In this document: positions 12,558-22,900 of the stretch, in pieces
Layout: every line of letters starts with the position of its first letter
Position numbering within the stretch: the stretch's first letter is position 1
Origin: Carpediemonas membranifera BICM
Lineage: Eukaryota > Protista > Fornicata
Assembly: GCA_019828565.1 (NCBI GenBank)
Contig: JAHDYR010000007.1
Coordinates: forward strand, 256,273 to 320,272
DNA length: 64,000 nucleotides
Reading direction: 5' to 3'
Notes under the pieces: generated by a model
What the model was told of the DNA's origin: nothing
The model's database searches: none
What the model saw: the letters and a program-made list of their open reading frames with translations, nothing else
Made by a program: the position numbers and the translations under genes

Positions 12558-13679
12558 TTATTCGCAAGTGTCACAACGGACGTTACCATCGAGGGCAACG
12601 TCGTCGGCGAGGTAAGACTCGTAAGACGGATGCTCAGTGAGGAACTGGGCAACGGCAGGGTGAGTCTGCATGCGCCGAGTAGCGATGGCAATGCTGCTCA
12701 CATTGGGGCATTCCTCATAACTGACATGCAGGCGCAGAAGACCAGGGGCGTCAAAACGATAATGCCAAACACGCGAGACCGTGAAGGCTGCAGAAGTCAT
12801 GTCTTGCAGAGTCAGCGACGGGGCGCGGTCAGCAGTAACCGGCATGAAGCCTGACAGAAGACTGAACTCCGCGTCGTCGAAGGAAGCGCCGCTACGCATG
12901 CGAGCGAAGTACTGACGAGCGAACTCAGCGCAATCAGCGCGGGTGAGGATACCGAGGGCCTCTCCCATGTGCAGCACAAAATATAGGTTGACATCGTGGC
13001 CGAGCATGACAGCACGGAAGACATGAGGACGCATGGTGACGATGCTGAGGCCAGAGCGATTCTCGATCTCTTGCTTGAGCGCGTTCGGCACATACGCGCG
13101 TTTGTCTCGAACAGCAGTGAGGTAGGCTGAAACGATGGCAGCATCAGTCGAATCGCGACGTATGGAGAGGTAAGCCGACATCGCCTGGAGTACGATAGCG
13201 TCACGGCAGAGATCAGCGCCGGCGTCATGCGAGTGCACTGCAGCGGAAGCGCGGGTGTAAGAGTGCAGCCGGTTGTCGGTGAGCAGCAGTAACTCAGTCC
13301 GGGGAGAGTTCCAGTTGTAGCTGACTGCCTGCCGGGTGACGAGTTCCACGTAGCCAGAGAGGGATGGCGGGGTGTCGTCCGACTCGGAGTCAGACTCACT
13401 GTCGGTTGGGTCAGGAGAAGCCGGAAGGTAGCGTAGGTCGACGGCGTTAACGCTCTCGCTGTCAGATGCAGAACTGGTTACGGCGCCAGCAAGTTCCTCT
13501 GGGACATTAGGGACGTTTTGGCGCCTAGGAGCACGTCGCGGCTGGTAAGGGGTGAACAACTCGAGGTAGGAACCAGTTTCAGAGATATGGCGACGGAGGA
13601 GACGGCAAAATTGCATTCTCGAAGTGTTAGTCGTAAGACGATTTAGAATAGTTTCCACAGCGGCGTCGAAATCCCCCAT
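12558..13679 (-). CDS. Antisense accessory gene of element A (373 aa, C-terminal chromodomain-like region)
   Basis: Intact ORF between pol and the 3' LTR. N-terminus MGDFDAAVETIL resembles MSDNAAVEAIL of B/C. C-terminus FTVSRVWHYRFDAPGLLRLHVSYEE resembles integrase chromodomains. AATAAA overlaps the stop. Confidence 0.8.
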   Translation of the reverse strand: MGDFDAAVETILNRLTTNTSRMQFCRLLRRHISETGSYLELFTPYQPRRAPRRQNVPNVPEELAGAVTSSASDSESVNAVDLRYLPASPDPTDSESDSESDDTPPSLSGYVELVTRQAVSYNWNSPRTELLLLTDNRLHSYTRASAAVHSHDAGADLCRDAIVLQAMSAYLSIRRDSTDAAIVSAYLTAVRDKRAYVPNALKQEIENRSGLSIVTMRPHVFRAVMLGHDVNLYFVLHMGEALGILTRADCAEFARQYFARMRSGASFDDAEFSLLSGFMPVTADRAPSLTLQDMTSAAFTVSRVWHYRFDAPGLLRLHVSYEECPNVSSIAIATRRMQTHPAVAQFLTEHPSYESYLADDVALDGNVRCDTCE

Positions 13680-14444
13680 GAGCTGTGATCGTCTAGAAAG
13701 TCGACTTTCCAGAAAGCAAAAAATGCGAAATCGATGAAACGCAATGGTTACGCAACAATGCTGTTCAGAAGTGGAACATAGAGTTGTTTACATGGTGGAA
13801 CTGATGTTGTTATTCAATATAGCCGCGTTTTCGGGATCCAAAAAGTGTTTCCGGCGGTGCAAAACGAAAAAGTGCCATATCTCGCGAACGAAAAGGAATT
13901 GGAGCCTCTTAACCCGTTTTTTGAACGCCGTGTAAGATTAGGCGGAATGTAACCAACCTTTGGTAAGAATTGACATGGGGACATCGATGGCACCTAAAAG
14001 TGCGCCATTTGACCCTTTCAGAATCGTCGGGTATGTTTCAAAGACTTTCAAGAGGGGCAGGACCCCAGGTAAGGATACCCATAACATAGCGCGCTAATAC
14101 AGTGGTACCACGCAAGATTTGATCAGATAATATTAGGTAATTTAGATTTGGTAGTGAGGTAAGCATATCTCAGAAACGTGACTGGACATCACGCCGGGCA
14201 TAAGACTCAGGGTTTTTATAGCCAGTCTGGTCAACGGGTATCCGGTGAACTCGAAAGTCCCGAGCTCACAACGGTTCAGGCAATAGGGCTTAGTCCATTG
14301 CCAACTCCGGCTCCATGGCGAGTCCCCATGGAAGCGACGGTTACTGGAGCTTGTATCTGGGCAATTCACCCGGACCAAGCACCTAGCACACCCTTCATAA
14401 TAGTGTTGAGTTTTTTGATGCTCTACCGGAGCATGGGAGGGAAG

Positions 14445-14546
14445 TGTTGGTTCATCAATAGATTATTTAATAGTCTTGAGTCGTCCAGCTCGACACATGG
14501 GTGTCGAGCTCTATTCTTTGTAAAGCTTTGTTCTCACGAACCCACA
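14445..14546 (+). repeat. 3' LTR of element A (102 bp)
   Basis: TGT...ACA termini after the PPT. Internal hairpin AGCTCGACAC-atgg-GTGTCGAGCT. The end matches bases 1-17. Confidence 0.93.
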
Positions 14547-15197
14547 CCCGTTTGCCTTGAACACGATGTCAGCGCTCGTCAGGTTGAGGATTTCAGCTCC
14601 GCGGCTCACGGTCAGGTAAGCAATCGCGGCGAATAGTGTCGCTTGGTACGTCGCGATGTCGCTGTTCCTGGACTTGATGGCCCTGATCATGTCCTCCCTT
14701 GTGACTGGGGCTGACCCGCCTGTCATGCCGGTGGTGTTGGCGTTGTCTGCTATGCCTCTTCTGATTTGTGGACAGTAGGTGCTGGGGGTCCAGTCGGAAA
14801 AGAGTGGGGCGGCCCTCTCGATCCAGTATCCCTTTCGATCGACCGTGGCTGGTGCATTATGCTCGGCCTCGTCCTCCAGGAAGGCTCGGTACTCATCGGT
14901 GTCGTCCTCGTGTGGGTCGCGGTACTCAAGGAATGCTGTAATCCATCCGGCTACTGAGCGCTTGGACTCGTCTCGGCGCATGTGAGACAGTATTTGGTGC
15001 TGCAGGATTCTGGAGAACGTGTCCTGAAGGCGAGAGCTATGAAGCGGATGGTCCCGTTTGGCCTGGAGAGACGGTCTAGGAGTTGCTGTTCCTCTGATGC
15101 GAAGTCGTCTTTCGGTACTGAGAAGGGAATCTTGCATGTCGCGCGGGCCTTGAGTTGTTGGAGTTCGGGGCTCGTAATGTCTGGCACGACGAGGAGG
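14547..15197 (-). mobile_element. Tyrosine-recombinase fragment, probably from a DIRS/Ngaro-type element, cut at A's 3' LTR
   Basis: Translation includes APVTREDM and AIAYLTVSRGAEILNLTSADIVF (YR box I: R-x-x-E-x-x-x-L-x-x-x-D), preceded by a helical core-binding-like region. Confidence 0.65.
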
Positions 15198-17105
15198 CAT
15201 GGCGCGTTGGAATCTCGCCGGGGCGTTCATCAGGCCGAATGGACATCTGGTGAACTCGCAGTATGCGTCTGGAGTGACAAAAGCGGTTTTGGGGATATCT
15301 TCCTCGTGCATCCGCATCTGGTAGTAGCCTTGTCTGAGGTCTAGGCCTGCAAAGTATTTGCAGCCTGATGCTCGGTCTACAAACTCGCGCGCGTTAGGCA
15401 GGGGGAAGTTATCCCTCACTGTCTTGGAGTTTAACTCCTTGTAGTCAATGCAAAGACGGATCTTGGTCGATCCTTTGTGGCCCTGCCTGACTACTACGAT
15501 CGGCGAGCTGTACGGCCCAGTCGAGTCCTGGATTATCCCGTCTCGCCTGAGTTGTTCTAGCTCTGTCGACACCAGGCCTTGGGTCACTGGGTCGAGTCTG
15601 CGAGCGCGGCATTGTACAATTGACCACTCGTCTATCAGTTCAATCGACATGGGTTCCAGTCGAGACCCTTCCTTGGGTAGTTCTTCCTCGAAGATATCGT
15701 CAAATGAGTTGATTATCTCGAGAATCTCGGGTCGGATCTTCGACTCCGGGACGTTGACACCACAGGAGTCGTCGGTTGTCGCCATGTTTGCGTCCTCCGT
15801 GAGATATTCATGGTAGAACGGCAGCCAGTCCTCGTCCTCCTCAATTGAGGAGAGCTTGTGCAGGTTAAGGTTGAGTGTGCCATCGCCAATGAGTGCGAGT
15901 GACCTCAGCAAGTCACACCCGATGAGAACCTTGAAGAACTCACCGGGGAGTACGTAGTACTTCCATGTAACCTCCAACGGTGTGATACCTAGTGCTGGGA
16001 ATGCTGCCTTAAATGTGACTGCTTGATCTGTCACGAGGGAGCGTCCGTCTCCTAGCGTGACCTTGATCTTTTCCTCGAGAGAGGTCTGCACTGCGTCCTT
16101 GGGTAGGGTACGTAGTGCCTTCGAACTAATGAAGCTTCGGCTTGCACCAGTGTCTACAACGAACGAGTAAGTTTTGCCTTTTACAGTAGCGGGGGTCGTC
16201 AGTGGACCCTTCCCGCCCTTCTCGTTAGTCGACGCGCTGTCGGCGTTGTTGTTCTCGCTGTAGCGGGGGTGCTTATCGCATCTGAAGTCCGTGTGGGGAC
16301 CGCCACAGGGGCGCGACGGCTTCTTGGGTTCGTCGGCCGGCAGGCGCTTGGCCGCGTCCGGGCGGTACTGGGCCTTCCTGGCCTGGGCCGGGGCCTTGGG
16401 TCCGCCGGCCGGGGTTTGCGAGAGGGGTTGATCATGGTCATACGCCCTAGCAGCCTGTCCTCGAAGGTCTTGACGTTGTGGAGAGCAAGCAAGGTCTGTG
16501 CCTTCTTGCGGAATGCTGTCGGGTTCAGGGACTCCCTGAAGAGCCGTGCAGCCAGCTTATCAAAGCTTGCGAGCAGTTCGTCGGCATTGGGGTTGTCGTC
16601 GATGGGGTCCAAGAACCCTTCTGGGTCTGGCGTCTTGGAGTAGAGCTCGATGCGCTTGCGGAATGCTGCCGCTTGTAGTCTCGTGCCAGCTTCGAAGTTG
16701 CGTGCGGTGCTCGGCACCATGGGGAAACGAAGGTCTTGGAGCTCTTCGACGAGTGCTAGGATGGAGTGGGGAAGGAGCCGCTGGCGACACCATTCGGTGA
16801 AGTTCTTGAGAGTGTAGTTCTTGTCGGATGTGTCTATGCCTTCGGCCTTGAGTTCGAGGGCAAATGACTCCTCAATGAGGACGGACAGTGGGATGCTTGG
16901 GTTTTGTATAGTAAAAATCGTTGCTCGGCGCTCAAACTCCTCAAGAGTCTCTAGTGTTAGATTTGAAGGAGAAAGCTCAGGAATTTGAACAGTTACCGAC
17001 ATCAGCACAGCTAATACTAGTATTGTCGGTTGAAATTATTTACAGTAAACCGCAGCGCGGTAAAAGTGGTCAAAACTGGACGGAGCAGTTTATAGACCGG
17101 TGACA
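15198..17105 (-). mobile_element. Ty3/Gypsy element E, 5' fragment (LTR, gag, protease, RT N-half)
   Basis: Putative LTR at 17024-17105 (TGTC...GACA). gag ATG at 17002. VDTGAS near 16150. RT motifs SSPIVVV, RLCIDY, LDLRQGYYQ, PFGLMNAP, truncated at FQRAM. Confidence 0.85.
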
Positions 17106-17139
17106 GGGGGACGTCCTCCAAGTCTTCGTTACACGCTGT

Positions 17140-19839
17140 ACCTCGGCCGAGGCATTGACCCGGACAGGATCGCTGCCCTTGAGGAGCTCACGGTCCCCCA
17201 GACCGTCACGGAGTTGCGCCGGATCGTCGGGAAATTCAACTACCTGCGGTCATTCATCCCCTTTAGCGCAACGCTGATGGAGCCCCTCACCCGACTCATG
17301 ACCGGTGCGAAAAACGCCCGTCTCACGTGGACCGCCGAGCAAGACGCCGCGCTGGAGGCCCTGAAAGCCACCGTTGCCAAGCACATCGAACTCACACACC
17401 CCGACACGTCACTCCCCTGGGAGGTCTACACCGACGCGAGTGACTACGGCATTGGTGGCGTTATTTTCCAACTCAAGGACAGCAAGCGCCAGATCCTCAC
17501 GTTTGTCAGCAAGAAGCTGACCGGACCGCAGACCCGATGGACGAAGTACGAGAAGGAGCTCTACGCTATCCTTTATACACTCACGCGGCCGGAGTTCTCC
17601 GCCATCTTGCGATTGAAGCAGGACTGGAAGGTCTTCACAGATCACCGGAACCTCACCTACTTGTTCCGCAAGTCAGCCTCGAATGCGAAGATCGCGCGAT
17701 GGAAGATGATCCTGAGCGACTACAACCCCACGATCGTCCACGTCGAAGGCGCCTCGAACGTCATCGCAGACACCCTCTCCCGCGCCCTCCCTCAGACTAG
17801 CGCAGAGGTCTCCGCCCTGGACGACAGTCACCAGCAGGTCCTACAAGATGCCCATAATGACGCCGTCGGCCACCATGGCATCCGGCGAACCGTGCAGGCC
17901 ATCCGTGCTGGTGGACACAGCTGGACGGGCATGCAGCCGGACGTCAAGGCGTTCATCCGAGCGTGCCCCACATGCCAGCTGAGACACACCGCTGATACAG
18001 ACGTCCCATACCATAGCACTCAGCCCACCAACCCGTTCGAGGTCGTCTTTATCGACACACTCGGGCCGCTTCCTGAGTCGGCCGACGGGTTAAAATACAT
18101 CATCGCAGCAGTAGATGGCTTCAGCAAGCACGTCTCACTATTTCCGGCACACACTACGAATGCTGCGAGCGCCGCGAAGAGCATTTACCAGTTCTGCGGC
18201 CGTTTTGGCGTCCCGAGCTCCATCCAGACCGACCACGGCCCACAATACGACAACAAGCTCGTTGCCGAGCTGACGAAGAGGCTCACGCTTAACCACCGCC
18301 TCTCAGTTCCATACAGGCCGCAAGCCAATGGCATAGTAGAGCGAATGAACGCAGAGATCGCTAAGCATCTCACACCCCTGCTCAACCACGGCGACTGGGT
18401 CGAACTACTTCCCCAAGTCGAGCTCATCATCAACAACACCGCATCATCGACGACGGGACGCACTCCACTCAATATCCTCTTCCCTCACCTCGAGCACACG
18501 CACTACGAGGCCAGAAAGGGGGACTTGACGGGCATACTGCACGCGGTGCGCGACAACATCGCTCAATACACCACAGCAGCCAAGCGCAAAGCGCCCCAGG
18601 ACTACTGGGCACCCCAGGCTGGCTCCCTCGTCCTACTCAAGCGAACAAAGTACAGCAAACTCCAACGGCCTTACCGCGGGCCCTTCAAGGTCCGCGGCCC
18701 AGGCGCTGTCTCGAACACCACGACGATTGAGGCCTTAGCTGACCCCGAGGCCGCCATGACAGTCGCCACCCATCGCCTGAAGCCATTCATCCGCGGCACG
18801 CTCAGCGACGCCGAACTACTCCAACTCCAAGCCGAGGGCGAGGACGAGTACGTCGTCGAAAATATTGTGGACGTGTTCAAGACACGCCGCGGGTTCAAAA
18901 TGAAAGTCCATTGGCTCGGCTATGAGAGCGCAGAAGACAGCGACATCCTGCTCAACAAGGCTAATTCACGTCTCGAGGCCCTTGACTCATACCTCGAGTC
19001 GCATCCGTCAGAAGCTTCACAGACACTCACATACATCAAGAACAAAGCTGGCAGTAGAATGCATATAAAGCCGCCTAAAACTCACTAATCAACACACCAT
19101 AGGCCCCAAAGGCACCTCAATTCAACTCCCCAACAAGCATCACACCAAAACCTCACTTACCCTCTTCACAAACACCCCCGCGAAGACAAGAAAGCAAATG
19201 CAATCGACGCGAACCATCTCCACACTCACTTATTTACGACAATAGTACAAGTCGCAGCAACAAGGAAGCCGCGCAAGGCTCATCTCCACATTTTCGGCAG
19301 ATTTCTACCGAAAAGCCGAATATTTCGGCCCCCACAGGCCATGACAGGCGCAGAATGCAGAGACTTACTCATCAACCCATGGCCCAACTCCAGCAGAAGA
19401 CTCATCCGAAACTATGATCAAGACCCCCTCATCACTTGAGCCCCCGCGCAACAGCACACCACTGGGACGCAGCTGGAGCCAACCACTCCTACCACAGGTC
19501 CTACCCACTACAGCAAGTCATATGCCCCGACCTTCAAATTTCCGAGCGTCATCGCCCTTCATCCCGTTCTCATCAACTGATCATACCTTAACCTGCATCG
19601 GACTTCTGACATCACATCAAGCGCTGACGCACTGGGAGGGGTAGTGTCAGGACCTGACGGCCCTGGTGACCACTCCGGGCTCGGCCTTTCATTTACATGT
19701 TACATATCATGATGTTAACACATATCATGATATATTTAGCCGATCCGATTTGGTCTCCCCCGGCCCGCGGCAGGGCCGTATCGTATCGTAAATACTTTCA
19801 CCTCACTTTTTTCTAGCACCGCCCCAAAGGCCCGGCACA
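17140..19839 (+). mobile_element. Ty3/Gypsy element I, 3' fragment (RT end, RNase H, integrase, chromodomain, 3' LTR)
   Basis: ORF to 19088 with TDASDYG, HHCC, DDE, GPF and EYVVE...WLGY motifs. PPT GGGAGGGGTAG at 19634-19644. LTR starts TGT at 19645 and probably ends ACA at 19839. Confidence 0.88.
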
Positions 19840-19972
19840 CTGTGGTGGTCATAGACCACACTAATCATTTATACAGTTTAAGCCATTTATTGGCACAAGG
19901 GTTTTCTCTTCTTCTTTCCCTGTAAAAGCATTCTCCGCATTAGCGAGGCACATTAACGTTAATTCCCCTCAA

Positions 19973-22900
19973 ATGCTGAAGAAATCCGATCCCCCGTTGC
20001 TGAAGTCGCCAGATCTGAACGAACTGTTCATCTTTGTGGACAAGTTCAACGATTACCGCGCCTTAGGGGGCAAGCGAGACATTGAGAAGCTAATCGACAG
20101 CGAGGTTCGGGAGATGGTGACAGCAATCCTACCAGCGGACGATCTTGACGACGCGGAGGAAGAGATCTCTCTCCTCCTTAATCAACATCATCGTGCCGCT
20201 CGCTCCAGAGCCCAGAAGGACCTCAAGATCATCAAGCGCCTAGGACGCGCTCTCAGACCTACTCAAGAAGTCAACAAGCTCCGTCTCTTTAGAATCACCG
20301 CCAAGGACTTCTCCCCTATCGAAGTTGCTCGAGTCAACAAGAAGTTCCGTATTACCATGGCAGTCGTCCAACCCGAGTTCCCCCTCGAGACACTACGCGA
20401 CATATACGTTCGTTGTTTCAAGTTCGGATCCAACCAGACGATGTACCGCATCAAGGAGGTGATCCAGGACATGTCGCTAGAAGATGCCATGCCGCGCGTT
20501 CTAGCCCTATCCAGAACAGTCCAAGAGAGCACCGCGATCGCCAACGCGTTCCAGGACAAGCCGTCCAACGCCGAGCACCACCACACGAGCCGTAACTCCC
20601 ACCGACGCAACGATCGCAAGCCTCAGTCACGTCCCACCGAAGACCGTTCGCATGCTATCAGACCTGAACACGCGTCGACTAAGCCTATCGACAAGAAGGG
20701 CAGACGTGATCATTCACAGTTCACTTGCTATAACTGTGGTGGTAAGGGTCACGCCGTCTACGAGTGTAAGAAGCCCAAGAACAAGTGTCAGAAGTGCGGG
20801 AAGAGCGGACACCTTGACAGGTTCTGTAAATCCCCACAGTACTTGTCCTTGTTCTCGATGACTTCACACAAACGCAAAGATAGCCTACCTCTGTGCAAAG
20901 TTAAGGTCGAGGGTCGAGACGTCGTTGCCTTGATTGATTCGGGAGCCAACTGCTCCACTATATCCCCCAAGCTGACCAAGGGTATGACGCGTATATCAGA
21001 TGAAGAGCGAAGCGTGCGTACAGCCAAGGGAACTATACAGTCCCAAGGTTCCGTGCAAGGGAACATCAAACTCATGCCGTCAGCCTTTACACCTAAGGCA
21101 GTGTCCTTCAAGCCGGAGTTGATTGTGCTAGATACTGAGTTCGACGTCGTCCTGGGGTACCCCCACCTTGTCGAGCTGGGAATCCTCCCCGACGTGAACG
21201 TAGAGTCAGGGGAATACTCGGACGAAGTCCAGGTCCCCGAAGCTTTCAAGCACAACGCTGCCATTTTTAGTCTATCCGACCAGTCGACCAAGAGTCAAGC
21301 CGAACTGATCAAGAGGTTCTCCGATCTATTCCAAGACCGGGACGAACCTAGCAGGCTAGAGCCGTACGACCTCGTTCTGAAGGACGATCGGGTCGTGAAC
21401 GCCAGACCTTACTATGTACCCCCAGCGAAGATACACGTCGTGAGAGAGCACATCGACACGCTGCTAGCCAAGAAATATATCGAGGCCTGCCAGTCACAAT
21501 ACGCTTCCCCAGCTATGACTGTGCCTAAGAAGGGAGGCAAGTCGCGTTTCGTAGTCGATTTCCGCCGTATTAACGAGCTTACTGAGCCGTTCGACTACCC
21601 CATCCCTCGTATCGACGAGGTGCTGTCACAGCTCGCAGGACAGAAGATCTTCGCGACTCTAGACCTGTCGTCCGGGTACCACCAGATCCCTTTGACAGAA
21701 CGATCAAGACCCCTGACTGCATTTACCACCGTACTAGGGCAGTATCAATACCGACGGATGCCTTTCGGGCTGCGCAACGCAGGAGCTCACTTCCAGAAGG
21801 CCATGGAGCGCGCCTTCGCCGGGCTCGTGGGCAGCTCATGTTACATTTACATCGACGATATTATTGTCTTCGGCAGCGACGAGGCCGAATATCTCGCGAA
21901 CCTCGAAAGAGTCCTGGACCGTGCGCGTAAGGTCAAGCTCCAGCTCAATCGCGAGAAATGCCAATTCGGCAGGCAGGAGGTCGAGTTCTTAGGTTGGGTT
22001 GTCAATGATGGGCAGGTGAGCATCGCACCCAGCCGTGTAGACGACATCGCAAATCTCCAGATGCCGACATCCATCAAGGGCATGCAGGGCCTAGTAGGAT
22101 TCCTCAACTATTTCCGGGATCACATCCCCCATTTTGCGGAAATCGGACACCCGTTAATCAAAGCTATGTCCGGTCACACAAGTCTCGGCCTGACCGCCCA
22201 GCAGGAGGCCCTCGATAAGCTCAAGCAGAGCCTTACCTCCGCTGACGCCCTAGCAATTTTCGACGCCACGAAGGAGCATTCTATAATGACCGACGCCTCG
22301 GGAGTGGGGTACGGCGCAGTCCTATTGCAAGAGGGCAAGCCTGTCTGTTACATGTCGAAGGCCTTCAACGCCACACAGTCTCGTTGGTCAACGATTGAGA
22401 AGGAGGCGTACGCCATTGTGGCGGCCTTGCAGCGCTGGCGCAAGTTCCTTGCCTGGGGACCTTTCTCCATACTCACTGACCACCGAAACCTTACCTTCAT
22501 GTACCGTAGCATCAACCCGAAAGTCAGGAGGTGGGCCGATGCCATTTCCGACTTGGACTTTGAGATTAAGCACGTCGCCGGCCTGGACAATGGAGCCGCA
22601 GATGGTCTGTCCCGTGTGTTTACTATGTTCACTCGCAAAGCTACGACCGATGAGATTGAAGAAGCACACACCACCGCCGGCGCCCATCTATCTCGACGAC
22701 TAACGACCGAGAAGCTTAGAGCCGAAGGGTTGTCGGTGTCGAGAGCCGCAGTCGACCAGGTGATTGCAGCTTGCCCGGTGTGCCAAGTCCTCGAGAGACC
22801 CCACGTCGATACACCGGATGGTCTGCATACCGCCGTTGATGAACCGTTTAAGCGAGTAGCCATCGACACCTTAGGTCCGTTCCCCAAGTCGCAGGGGTTC

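Larger units (their letters stand above)
1..14546 (+). mobile_element. Ty3/Gypsy chromovirus element A (5' LTR truncated by the window edge), interrupted by LINE-1
   Basis: Bases 1-17 (gttctcacgaacccaca) equal the end of the 3' LTR at 14445-14546. PPT GGGAGGGAAG at 14435-14444. Domain order gag-PR-RT-RH-IN-chromo. Confidence 0.95.

Noticed and set aside
19702-19733. Doubled ACATATCATGAT in the element I LTR
   Set aside because: A single occurrence, most simply a local duplication or U3 enhancer repeat.
19953-19972. tRNA PBS or Tf1-type self-priming site
   Set aside because: There is no TGG start and no complementary segment inside the LTR. Priming by an internal tRNA fragment cannot be excluded without the host tRNA set.
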